This document shows, in pieces, positions 10,007 through 19,767 of a stretch of DNA of 64,000 nucleotides. The stretch spans positions 23,400-87,399 of the forward strand of contig CAWAKF010000032.1 in the NCBI GenBank assembly GCA_963782435.1. Direction: 5' to 3'. The stretch comes from an uncultured delta proteobacterium. GTDB lineage: Bacteria; Desulfobacterota; RBG-13-43-22. The notes beneath the pieces are model-generated. The model was not told the DNA's origin. It saw only the letters and a list, made by a program, of their open reading frames with translations, and made no database searches. A program made the translations under genes and the position numbers. The stretch's first letter is position 1. Each line of letters starts with the position of its first letter.

Positions 10007-10590
10007 TTATTTTGTAATTCTATCAGGGCCAAATTAAGCATCAACACATTAACCCTCGGTTCACCGAAGATTCCCAAGTCCCGGCCTTCGGTGTAGTGTC
10101 TAATCTGTTTCAAAATGGTTTGATCGCCTATCCCCCGGGCTGCGCCCACGCGGGGCGCCTGCAGTAAAGCATTTTTTAAACTGATGTGCGGGTCCAGGCC
10201 GCTGGCCGAGGCGGTTACGGCGTCGGCCGGGATCAAGACCTGAGGAGAAAGTTTATTTTCAGTACGGTATTGGTCCAGGCGTTCTTTAAGATTATCGTTC
10301 AGTTTTCGGGATAGAGGTCCAAGATTGCTGCCTCCGGAATTAAGCCCGTCATAGCCCTGCCCGGCGGCTGATGGACGAGGATGGAAGTATTTTGGATCTC
10401 CAAACCCCTGGGCGATAAGGCGCGATCCCCGGATCATCCGCTTTTCCATAATCAGCGAACCATTGGCCTTATCCGAGAATAATCCCTGGGACAGAGCCCA
10501 GACTGCAAGTGGATAAAAACCACAGAGAATCACAGCCAGGGATAAGGTGGCCAGCAAGGCGATACGAAGTTCAGCAAAAATATTTTTCAT
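10003..10590 (-). CDS. kdpC: Potassium-transporting ATPase subunit C
   Basis: About 195 aa, single N-terminal TM helix, KdpC-like sequence. Its start overlaps the kdpD-like gene start region by 4 nt. Confidence 0.85.
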   Translation of the reverse strand: MKNIFAELRIALLATLSLAVILCGFYPLAVWALSQGLFSDKANGSLIMEKRMIRGSRLIAQGFGDPKYFHPRPSAAGQGYDGLNSGGSNLGPLSRKLNDNLKERLDQYRTENKLSPQVLIPADAVTASASGLDPHISLKNALLQAPRVGAARGIGDQTILKQIRHYTEGRDLGIFGEPRVNVLMLNLALIELQNK

Positions 10591-10758
10591 GGTCTTAAGT
10601 CTTTCAAAAATAATTCAAAAATGGTTCTAAATTCCAGATGTTTTGTATTGAGGCGGAAGGTATATGGTATCCGGTTTTCCTAAACCTTGAACATTAGACC
10701 TCGAACCTTTTCTGTGGCTTATACCATATGCAAAGCATTAACGATCCAATCGATCAGC

Positions 10759-12741
10759 TTAATGCCCGGGAAAGGGGCTATGAGACCACCCAGGCCATAA
10801 ATTAACAGGTTGCGCTCTGAGCAACACAGCGGCCCCTACCGGACGAAAACGCACCCCCCGCAAGGCCAAAGGAATGAGAGTAATTATAATCAGGGCATTG
10901 AAAATAACAGCACTCAGAATAGCGCTTTGAGGGGATTTAAGCCCCATGACGTTGAGGGGAGCGATAACCGGAAAGACACTCATCAGCATGGCCGGGATGA
11001 TGGCAAAGTATTTGGCCACATCGTTGGCGATACTGAAGGTGGTCAAGGCCCCTCGGGTGATGAGCAGTCTGTTTGCCTATTTCAACCACCTCGATCAACT
11101 TGGTCGGGTTGAATCCAGGTCCACCATATTGCCTGCTTCTTTGGCCGCCTGGGTCCCGGTGTTCATAGCCACCCCGACATCGGCCTGGGCCAGGGCCGGG
11201 GCATCGTTGGTGCCGTCCCCGGTCATAGCCACCAAGTGACCGGCCGCCTGTTCTTTGCGAATCAAGGCCAGCTTATCCTCCGGCTTGGCTTCGGCAATGA
11301 ATTCATCCACACCGGCCTCCCGGGCAATGGCGGCGGCTGTCAGGGGGTTGTCCCCGGTGACCATGACGGTCTTGATACCCATGGCCCTGAATCGCTCGAA
11401 ACGATCCTTCAATCCACCTTTGACAATATCCTTCAAATGGATGACCCCCAGCACCTTCTCCTTATCGACTACGAGCAAAGGGGTCCCGCCGGAAAGGGAA
11501 ATGGTGTCCACGGCTTCTTGAACCTCCAAGGGAAGATCCTTTCCAATAAAGGTCTGGACGGCGTCTATAGCCCCTTTACGGATCTGTCTTTCCCCCACAT
11601 CCACGCCACTCATTCTGGTCTGGGCGGAAAAGGTGATAAATCGGGCATCAGACATTTCAGAGATGGAACGCCCCCGTAAACCATATTGTTTAGCCAGTAC
11701 AACGATGCTTCGGCCTTCGGGTGTTTCGTCGGCCAGGGAGGCCAATTGGGCCGCATCGGCCAGGTCTTCGGTTCGTACTCCGGGGGCGGGAAGAAAGACG
11801 CTGGCCTGTCGGTCCCCCAAGGTGATGGTCCCTGTTTTGTCCAGGAGCAGTACGTCAATATCCCCCGCGGCTTCGACGGCCCGGCCGCTCATGGCCAGGA
11901 CATTTTTTTGGACCATCCGATCGATCCCTGCGATACCGATGGCACTAAGCAACCCACCGATAGTAGTGGGAATCAGGCAGACCAACAAGGCCACCAAGAC
12001 GGTCATTGAAAAGGCCACCCCCGAGTAAAGACCAAGAGGCTTCAGGGTGAGACAGACCAATAAGAAAATGATGGTCAAGGCCGAAAGCAGAATCGTCAGG
12101 GCGATTTCGTTCGGGGTTTTCTGACGATTGGCCCCTTCAACCAACTGGATCATTCGATCCAGAAAACTTTCTCCCGGATTGGCGGTTACCAGGACCTTGA
12201 TCTGGTCCGATAAAACCCTGGTACCGCCGGTGACGGCGCTTCGATCCCCGCCGGCCTCCCGGATGACCGGGGCCGACTCTCCGGTAATGGCCGATTCGTC
12301 CACCGTGGCCACCCCGGCTATGATTTCACCGTCCGAGGGAATAATCTCTCCGGCCGACACCAGGACAAGGTTCCCCTTCTTCAGGCGGTCGGCTTCGATC
12401 TGCTCCTCCGAGCCATCGGATTTCAATCGATTGGCAATGGTCTGGGTTCGGGTCTTTCGCAGGGCCTTGGCTTGGGCCTTCCCCCGTCCTTCGGCCATGG
12501 CCTCGGCGAAATTAGCGAAAAGGACGGTAAACCAGAGCCAAAGGGTGACTTGCAGGATAAACCCGAAAGGATCTTGCCCGGGCCTGAAAAATAAGTCGAG
12601 GGTGGTCAAGGCCGCCCCGACTTCGGTTACAAATATAACCGGATTTTTCAACAACGAAATCGGATTGAGTTTTTTAAATGAATCAATAATGGCCTGTTCG
12701 ATAATGGCCCGATCAAAAAGGGAATGGGTTTTAGCCGCCAT
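10759..12741 (-). pseudogene. kdpB: Potassium-transporting ATPase subunit B, interrupted by two compensating +/-1 frameshifts near 11046-11100. True pseudogene or sequencing artefact.
   Basis: The 548-aa ORF ([17 protein letters not shown] motifs) ends ...DLDSTRPS*. The -1 frame reads [14 protein letters not shown], then the original frame resumes [21 protein letters not shown]. Together these match the E. coli KdpB C-terminus. Confidence 0.75.
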
Positions 12742-12754
12742 GTTTCTTTACCCC

Positions 12755-14560
12755 TTAAAAGAGAATTTTTGATCCGGTCATCAAAAAGTGCTCGACGATT
12801 GGACCTAAGGCCAGGGCCGGAAGAAAGGTCAAGGCCCCAACGATTACGATTGTTCCAACTAAGACCAAAGTAAAAGTCAAACCCCAGACAGGAAAGCTCC
12901 CTCCTGATGGGGGAACGATTTTTTTGCCGGCCAGACTCCCGGCCAGGGCCATGACCGGGACCAGCATAATAAACCGTCCGAAAAGCATGGCTAGCCCCAG
13001 GGTGGTGTTGTACCAGATTGTATTCCCGCTCAGTCCGGCGAAGGCGCTGCCGTTATTTCCGGTAGCCGAGGAAAAGGCATAGAGTATCTCACTCAACCCG
13101 TGGGGGCCGCCATTATTCAAGCCGGCCAATCCCCATTTCCTGACCAAGGCCCAGGCCGAGAAGCCGAGAATACTGAAAATTAATATCATCAGGGCCAGGA
13201 CACTCACTTTTACATCGTAGGGTTCAATCTTTTTACCAAGATACTCGGGAGTGCGGCCGACCATTAAACCGGTCAAAAATACGGCCAGAATAACAAATAT
13301 CAGCATCCCATAAAGCCCGGCACCGACTCCCCCGAAAACAACCTCACCCAACTGGATATTGAACAGAGGGATCAATCCCCCCAAGGGGGTAAAGGAATCG
13401 TGCAGGGCATTAACGGCCCCGCAAGAGGCATCGGTGGTGATCGAGGCAAAAAGGGCGGAGTTAAATATTCCGAAACGAACTTCTTTCCCTTCCATATTCC
13501 CCATGATCGGATCTATACCAAGGGCTTGCAGACGTGGATTACCGGCCGATTCCGCCCACCAGCAGACCAAAAAAGTACAAAGGAGGAGGATGGTCATGGC
13601 GCTCCAGATGGCCCAGCCATGTTTCTGATTTTTGACCATACGGCCCAGGTAATAGGTGAGACCGCTGGGGATGAGAAAGATGGCCAGCATTTGTAAAAAG
13701 TTGGATAAGGGGGTCGGGTTCTCATAAGGGTGGGAGGCGTTGGCGTTGAAAAAACCACCCCCGTTGGTTCCCAACATCTTAATGGCCACCTGTGAAGCTA
13801 CCGGACCCTGGGGAAGGATCTGTTGCTCGACCTTCTGCTCTTTCATCAACGGATTGCCCTGTCCATCTTTGAGTTCCTGCCCGGTAGGATCTTTTTGGGG
13901 TACCTGGATGGTCAAGGGTTCGACGAGCTTAGCCGTTTCATAGGATTTAAAGTTCTGGATGATACCCTGTGAAGTAAGCAAGACAGCCAATACCAGGCTG
14001 ATAGGCAGAAGTAGATAAAGGTTGCCCCGAATTAAATCGACCCAGAAATTACCAATCGTTTTGGCTGAATGACGGGCAATACTGCGGACCAATGCCCCGG
14101 CCGCGCCCAGTCCTACAGCGGCGGAGGCAAAGTTATGAAAAACAAGACCGACCATCTGCGAGAAATAAGAGAGTGTTGATTCCCCACCATAATTCTGCCA
14201 ATTGGTGTTGGTGGTAAAACTGACCGCGGTATTAAAAGCCAAGTCGGCAGGAACCGGTCCGAATCCTTGGGGATTGAGCGGCAGCAGATGCTGAAGACGG
14301 AGAACCCCGTAGGTAAACAATAACCCGACAAGACTGAATAGAAGCAAAGAAAAAGTATAGCTTTTCCAGTCCTGCTCTTTTTTCGGGTCCAAACCCAGGA
14401 ACCGATACAAAACCCTTTCTACGGGTCTGAGCACCGGGTCAAAAAAGGTTTTGCCTTCGGGGTTCAGCACTTGAACCAGATAAATCCCTATGGGTTTGGT
14501 TAATGCCAGCAGAACCAGCATATAAAGGGTGAGTTGAATCCATCCATAAAGGTCCGTCAT
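12755..14560 (-). CDS. kdpA: Potassium-transporting ATPase subunit A
   Basis: 601-aa polytopic protein with a KdpA-like N-terminus MTDLYGWIQLTLYMLVLLALTKPIGIYL. Position in the operon between kdpF and kdpB. Confidence 0.9.
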   Translation of the reverse strand: MTDLYGWIQLTLYMLVLLALTKPIGIYLVQVLNPEGKTFFDPVLRPVERVLYRFLGLDPKKEQDWKSYTFSLLLFSLVGLLFTYGVLRLQHLLPLNPQGFGPVPADLAFNTAVSFTTNTNWQNYGGESTLSYFSQMVGLVFHNFASAAVGLGAAGALVRSIARHSAKTIGNFWVDLIRGNLYLLLPISLVLAVLLTSQGIIQNFKSYETAKLVEPLTIQVPQKDPTGQELKDGQGNPLMKEQKVEQQILPQGPVASQVAIKMLGTNGGGFFNANASHPYENPTPLSNFLQMLAIFLIPSGLTYYLGRMVKNQKHGWAIWSAMTILLLCTFLVCWWAESAGNPRLQALGIDPIMGNMEGKEVRFGIFNSALFASITTDASCGAVNALHDSFTPLGGLIPLFNIQLGEVVFGGVGAGLYGMLIFVILAVFLTGLMVGRTPEYLGKKIEPYDVKVSVLALMILIFSILGFSAWALVRKWGLAGLNNGGPHGLSEILYAFSSATGNNGSAFAGLSGNTIWYNTTLGLAMLFGRFIMLVPVMALAGSLAGKKIVPPSGGSFPVWGLTFTLVLVGTIVIVGALTFLPALALGPIVEHFLMTGSKILF

Positions 14561-14572
14561 TTTACCCTCGCA

Positions 14573-14656
14573 TCAAAATTTTTCAGGTCGAAGGACAGTT
14601 ATAAAGAGATAAATGATCAGGATAAGCCCGATAATCAATCCAATGATATCTCCCAT
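14573..14656 (-). CDS. kdpF: KdpF small subunit (27 aa)
   Basis: MGDIIGLIIGLILIIYLFITVLRPEKF, immediately upstream of kdpA. Resembles E. coli KdpF (...GYLVYALINAEAF). Too short for the ORF track. Confidence 0.6.
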   Translation of the reverse strand: MGDIIGLIIGLILIIYLFITVLRPEKF

Positions 14657-14659
14657 GAA

Positions 14660-14743
14660 TCAAAGCCTTTCACAGGCCCGCATATACAGAACACACAAGC
14701 CGAAAAAAAAGATCGTAACTAAAATATAAATAATGTCAGTCAT
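14660..14743 (-). CDS. Second KdpF-like hydrophobic small ORF (27 aa). Its ATG overlaps the sensor-kinase stop as ATGA.
   Basis: MTDIIYILVTIFFFGLCVLYMRACERL. Shares the M-x-D-I-I start and overall layout with KdpF, which begins 3 nt downstream. Confidence 0.35.
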   Translation of the reverse strand: MTDIIYILVTIFFFGLCVLYMRACERL

Positions 14744-16584
14744 GAATTATCCTCTTGCCTCAAAGTCTGATCGACCGTTCGCAGAGTAAAGGTAAAGGTG
14801 CTGCCTTTCCCTTCCTCACTTTCCGCGCTAACTGTTCCCCCGTGAGCCTCGATAATCTCTTTTACAATAGCCAGTCCTAGTCCGGCCCCTGAATTTTTTT
14901 CCTGGTTAGGGACTCGAAAGAATTGCTCGAAAATCCTGGGGAGATATTGCTTCGGGATCCCCTTTCCCGTGTCCGAGATGGAAAAACGGACCTCATTCTC
15001 TTCCGCTTTAGCTGAAAAGGTAATTTTACCGCCGGGCTGGGTGTACTTAAGGGAATTGGAAAGAAGATTGCCAAAAACATAATAAATTCTGGTCGGATCA
15101 GCCCAGACCTCGGGGAGATCTCCCGGTATGTCGACACTCAAAGTGACGCCCTGGTCGTGGGCCGCCCTCCAAAAAGGTTCCAGTGCCTCCATTTGAAGAG
15201 AATTGGGGGAAATTGTCCGGAGTTCCATCTTAGTCTTGCCGGATTCTATGCGGCTGATATCCAGCAGGTTGTTGAGAATATTGTGCAGCCGGTCGCTGTC
15301 TTCCCGGGCCGCCAAAAGAAGATCGACCTGTTGTTCCGTCAAGGGGCCTACTTTTTCTTCCAACAGGAGGTGGATGGCCATACGAACGGAAGTGAGAGGC
15401 GTTTTAAGCTGATGGGACACGGTGGAAATCATTCCTTTTTTTAGTTCATCCTGCTGTCTGAGTTGGGTGACGTCCTGTAAGATCAGTACAAACCCGGTGG
15501 GTTGTCTTTCACTATCCATGATGGGTATCGCCTCCGGGCGAAAGAAGTGCTCTTCTCCTTTGATAAAATGTTGGATAACCCTTTGGTTGCCATTGGGCTC
15601 CGTTGTGCGGTTCAGCTTAAGGACCTCCTGTACAAACCCGTTAACCCACTCCAGGGGCAAATCTTTGATAAAGGTATTAGGCTGGAGTCCAAAAGAATTT
15701 TTAGCCGCTTCTGTGGCTATTTCCACCTTTCCCTCCAGGTCGATAACCGCAACGGCCTCAGGCAGACTATCGAAAGCCTGTTGGGTGGCCCGTTGGATTC
15801 GAAACAATTTTGAACGGTTGGAACGGCGAAATTCCCGGATGCTGGCCGCCATTTCATTGAAGGCGTCGGACAGGTGTCCGATTTCATCGTGGGAACCACT
15901 TGTTACCACCAGGTTAAGATTTCCCTTTTTGATTTCATTCGCCGACTCAATCAGGTGATTGATCGGACGTAAGACCCATTTCCCTATAAAGAAGATAAAC
16001 CCAACGGCAATGATCGTTCCCGTCAATAAAAGAATATACATCCCTTTTTTCGCTGCTGCGGCATTATCGCGGGCTTGATTATTAGCCTGGGTCATATTTT
16101 GTTGATTCAATTGAAGGATTTCATCGGCCGTGTTTTTAATGATATAGAATAAAGGAAGAAGTCGGCTGAAATAAAGTTGGCGGCGAATGATAACTGAACG
16201 GGTTCCATTCTCCATCCCCTTAAGCATCATTTTGTACTGGCCAAATTGTTGCTCCAGGAGGTTTGCCTTATCGCCTTCTCCGGGAAGGGTAATGTTATTC
16301 AGCTCAGTTCGGAGGGTTTTTTCAAAGACCTGTTCATTTTTGCCGATCAGGTTTTTCCCTTTTTCCAAATATCCCTGAAGAATAAAAAGGGTACCGCTGT
16401 CTATGCGTTCTAAGGCTTCTTTCATTTCCTGGCAGGCAATGACGCTCCGGTAGTTTTCTCGGAGAATGACATCGATGGACTCCCCCAGTTTGCTGAGGTG
16501 GGTAATACTTTGAACCCCGATCACCAGGATAATGGCCAGGAGTCCCCCTAACCCAAGAGAAAGCTTTTGACGCAACCCCCACAT
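14740..16584 (-). CDS. Sensor histidine kinase (periplasmic domain, HAMP, PAS, HisKA, HATPase_c); NtrY-like
   Basis: Two N-terminal TM helices, HAMP, PAS, H-box SHQLKTPLTSV, and a C-terminal ATPase with GLGLAIVKEIIEAHGG. Confidence 0.85.
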   Translation of the reverse strand: MWGLRQKLSLGLGGLLAIILVIGVQSITHLSKLGESIDVILRENYRSVIACQEMKEALERIDSGTLFILQGYLEKGKNLIGKNEQVFEKTLRTELNNITLPGEGDKANLLEQQFGQYKMMLKGMENGTRSVIIRRQLYFSRLLPLFYIIKNTADEILQLNQQNMTQANNQARDNAAAAKKGMYILLLTGTIIAVGFIFFIGKWVLRPINHLIESANEIKKGNLNLVVTSGSHDEIGHLSDAFNEMAASIREFRRSNRSKLFRIQRATQQAFDSLPEAVAVIDLEGKVEIATEAAKNSFGLQPNTFIKDLPLEWVNGFVQEVLKLNRTTEPNGNQRVIQHFIKGEEHFFRPEAIPIMDSERQPTGFVLILQDVTQLRQQDELKKGMISTVSHQLKTPLTSVRMAIHLLLEEKVGPLTEQQVDLLLAAREDSDRLHNILNNLLDISRIESGKTKMELRTISPNSLQMEALEPFWRAAHDQGVTLSVDIPGDLPEVWADPTRIYYVFGNLLSNSLKYTQPGGKITFSAKAEENEVRFSISDTGKGIPKQYLPRIFEQFFRVPNQEKNSGAGLGLAIVKEIIEAHGGTVSAESEEGKGSTFTFTLRTVDQTLRQEDNS

Positions 16585-16609
16585 TTGTTTGCCTCCTTAT
16601 GATTTTATT

Positions 16610-16626
16610 TTGCAAACTCCAGGCCA
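16610..16626 (-). promoter_or_regulatory. Sigma-54 (-24/-12) promoter candidate upstream of the histidine kinase gene
   Basis: Minus strand reads TGGCCTGGAGTTTGCAA. GG and GC are spaced as in the TGGCACG-N4-TTGCW consensus. It lies about 26 nt upstream of the kinase start codon. Confidence 0.5.
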
Positions 16627-16779
16627 AAGATTTCTACAACCAACTTGTTGTAAAAATAGAGTTTTTAAATTTAGTGATATTGACCGGATTGCATTTCTCA
16701 AATGAAGACCCTAAAATGTCTTGAAAATTGCAAGGGAGAGAATAACGGGTTTCTATAGGAAGACAGGAGATTAGGAGTC

Positions 16780-18120
16780 TTATATCCCGTATTTTTTACG
16801 ACGCCGCCAAAGGGTGGCCTGGTCGATCCCCAGGATGTCGGCGGCCTCTTGAAGGGATTTGGTGAAGGCTAAGATTCTTCGGATATGTTGTTCTTCGATT
16901 TTTTCCAGGGTGACCGGATCACCGATGGTTGGGAGGGATTCGTTCGGGAGCAGGTTGCCGGGAAGGCATTCGATCCCGACATGCTCGGTTCGGCAAAAGA
17001 TAGCCGCCCGCTCAATAATATTACTTAATTCCCGGACATTGCCCGGCCAAGTATATTGCTTGAGTGCCTGGACCGCTTCCGGGGTAAACCCCAAAAAAGA
17101 GCGATGATTGCTCCGGCCATAGAAAATCAGTAATTGTTCTGCAAGGGCTATCACATCGTCCGGACGTTCACGCAAGGGAGGAATTTCAATCTGAATCACA
17201 TTGAGTCGAAAAAAGAGATCTTCCCGAAAACGACCTTCCTTGACCGCTTTTTCCAAATCCCAATTTGTAGCTGTAATAAGACGAACATCGGCTTTACGAG
17301 TTGAGGAGTCACCAACCCGTTCATATTCCCTTTCCTGGATAAAACGCAGCAGTTTGGGTTGAAGGGCCAGGGGCAAATCACCGATCTCATCCAGAAGGAG
17401 TGTTCCTCCCTGGCAGGCGGCAATACGACCGGGGTTGTCGCGGATGGCCCCGGTGAAAGCCCCTTTGATATGTCCGAATAGCTCGCTTTCGAGCAATTCC
17501 GAAGAAAACGATGGGCAGGAAATGATACCGAGGGGTTTGGCCGCCCTGTTGCTCCAGGAATGAATGGCCTTGGCCAGGACGGTTTTGCCGGTTCCGCTTT
17601 CTCCACGAAGAAGAATCGTGGCCTCGGATGGAGCAGCCTGCCGGGCCAGATTGACCGCTCGCTGCATCGTTGGGCTGGTACTATCCAGTCTAATCTCGGG
17701 ATTGGAGCGTCCCAGGTCATCCTGCAAGGCGGCCACTTTTTGCTCCAGGGTGCGTATCTGAAACGTTTTTTGGACGGCCAGTTTGACCTGGGTGGGAGTG
17801 AAAGGTTTGGGAATATAGTCCGTAGCGCCACGACGCATGGCCTCAACCGCCGTGTCAATGGAGACATAGGCGGTGATAACAATGATTTTGAGCCAGGGCG
17901 ACGCAGCCAGTAAGGCTGGAATCAAATCAAGGCCGTCCTCGGTGCCGAGACGCAAATCGACAAAAGCCAGATCAAAAGACCGGTGTGCGGCTTCAATCAG
18001 GGCATCCTGAAAATTGCTGACAGCGATAACCTTATGGCCTTCGGTCTCCAGGCAAACCGATAAGGTCTTACGGATATTGACTTCGTCATCCACAATTAGA
18101 ATTTGTAAGGCCTGCATCAT
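16780..18120 (-). CDS. Sigma-54-dependent response regulator (REC + AAA+ with GAFTGA + Fis-type HTH); NtrC/NtrX family
   Basis: Motifs [21 protein letters not shown], and a C-terminal HTH. I chose the start at 18120, whose ATG overlaps the der stop as ATGA. Confidence 0.85.
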   Translation of the reverse strand: MMQALQILIVDDEVNIRKTLSVCLETEGHKVIAVSNFQDALIEAAHRSFDLAFVDLRLGTEDGLDLIPALLAASPWLKIIVITAYVSIDTAVEAMRRGATDYIPKPFTPTQVKLAVQKTFQIRTLEQKVAALQDDLGRSNPEIRLDSTSPTMQRAVNLARQAAPSEATILLRGESGTGKTVLAKAIHSWSNRAAKPLGIISCPSFSSELLESELFGHIKGAFTGAIRDNPGRIAACQGGTLLLDEIGDLPLALQPKLLRFIQEREYERVGDSSTRKADVRLITATNWDLEKAVKEGRFREDLFFRLNVIQIEIPPLRERPDDVIALAEQLLIFYGRSNHRSFLGFTPEAVQALKQYTWPGNVRELSNIIERAAIFCRTEHVGIECLPGNLLPNESLPTIGDPVTLEKIEEQHIRRILAFTKSLQEAADILGIDQATLWRRRKKYGI

Positions 18121-19436
18121 GACTGCTTTTCCCGTTTCCTGAAAATAATCTTGATCGGGCACAGGGTGAATCTGAAATGTTCCCGGAGCTGATTAGTCAG
18201 ATAGCGCTGGTAGGAGAAATGGATGTTTTCCGGATAATTGGCAAAGAAGATAAAGGTGGGGGGTTTGATCTCCACCTGGGCGGCAAAATAAATCTTGACC
18301 CGCTGCCCGCCCCGTAAAGGCAGGGAGTGTCCGGCTAGGATGGTCTTTAAGGCCTGGTTCAAGGGGCCGGTGTCCACTCGGCGGGTGTACTGACGGTAGA
18401 CTTCATGCACGGTATTCAGGAGTTTTTCCCTTCCCAGGCCGGTTTTGGCCGAGAGAGGCAGGATGGGGGCAAAGGAAAGATATTTGAGATGGTAACGGAT
18501 TTCTTCCAGAAATTGTTTTTTGTTTTTCAAATTTTTCTCTATCAGGTCCCATTTGTTCACTCCGACAATAACCCCCTTGCCTTTTTCATAGGCCAGACCG
18601 GCGATGCGGGCATCCTGATCGGTTACACCCTGTGTGGCATCTAAAAGTATGACAGTCAGATCGCTTTGATCAATTCCTTTAATGGCCCCGAGAACAGAAA
18701 ATTTTTCCAACCGCTGGGCGATCCGGGCCTTACGGCGGATTCCGGCCGTATCGATCAGGAGATATCCCCGGTTTTTGTATTCAAAGGGGGTGTCTATGAC
18801 ATCCCGTGTCGTTCCCGGTTCGGAGCTCACCAAGACCCGTTCAAACCCCAAGATGGAATTGACCAGAGAGGATTTGCCCACGTTAGGGCGGCCGATAACG
18901 GTCAGGCGGACCCGTTTTTCTTCCCCCACCGGTCCTGTCATGGGTGGCAAAAGGGAGGAGATGGTTTCCATTAACGCCGATACCCCATTGCCATGAAGAG
19001 CGGAAAGAGGGAAGGGGGTATCCATCCCGAGACGGTGATAGTCTGCCAGGCTTTCCCCTATTTTGGGATTATCAATTTTATTGACTGTAAAAAGGACCGG
19101 TTTGGAGGTTTTCCGTAAACGATGGATGACCTGTTCGTCGGCCGGGGTCAAACCTTTTTGACCGTCTCCCACAAAGACGATCAGGTCGGCTTCCCCCAGG
19201 GCCATTTCAATCTGTTCTCTGAGACCGGTATCCATTTGGCTTTTTTTGTCCCATTCAAAACCGCCGGTATCGACCAGGGTGATGGGTTTGCCTTCCCAGA
19301 CAACCTCCTGGTAATTACGGTCCCGGGTGACCCCGGGCTGATCGTCCACTATGGCCTTTCGTTTTCGAATCAGGCGATTAAAGAGGGTGGACTTGCCCAC
19401 ATTGGGCGCACCGACGATGGCAACGATGAAACTCAT
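18117..19436 (-). CDS. der: Ribosome-associated GTPase Der (EngA), with two GTPase domains and a KH-like C-terminus
   Basis: Two G-domains, each with a P-loop: GAPNVGKSTL in the first and GRPNVGKSSL in the second. Confidence 0.9.
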   Translation of the reverse strand: MSFIVAIVGAPNVGKSTLFNRLIRKRKAIVDDQPGVTRDRNYQEVVWEGKPITLVDTGGFEWDKKSQMDTGLREQIEMALGEADLIVFVGDGQKGLTPADEQVIHRLRKTSKPVLFTVNKIDNPKIGESLADYHRLGMDTPFPLSALHGNGVSALMETISSLLPPMTGPVGEEKRVRLTVIGRPNVGKSSLVNSILGFERVLVSSEPGTTRDVIDTPFEYKNRGYLLIDTAGIRRKARIAQRLEKFSVLGAIKGIDQSDLTVILLDATQGVTDQDARIAGLAYEKGKGVIVGVNKWDLIEKNLKNKKQFLEEIRYHLKYLSFAPILPLSAKTGLGREKLLNTVHEVYRQYTRRVDTGPLNQALKTILAGHSLPLRGGQRVKIYFAAQVEIKPPTFIFFANYPENIHFSYQRYLTNQLREHFRFTLCPIKIIFRKREKQS

Positions 19437-19767
19437 AAATGAATCCTTTTGGACTGTTTTGACCTAATTTTAAATTACTTAAAATTGATTTTAACACAGG
19501 TTGGTTTATACTGCAAATTACATTGGAATGGAGGGTGCCCTAGGAAACCTTTCCGAGAGAGGCCGTTTTTTTTGGTTGACAACCCTTATGAAAGGTTTAA
19601 ATTACCCTCCGTCATCCCCAATCTTGCAGGATGACCGGCGAATTCTCCGAAACCAAGCCGGAGGAGCGGGGGACCCGATCAATCGGGGCGAATCCGTTTA
19701 TACGGTAGGGCACTATTCACCTCCTGCCCGAGCCCGTCAGCTAACCTCGCAGCCATGAGGGGGTAAT

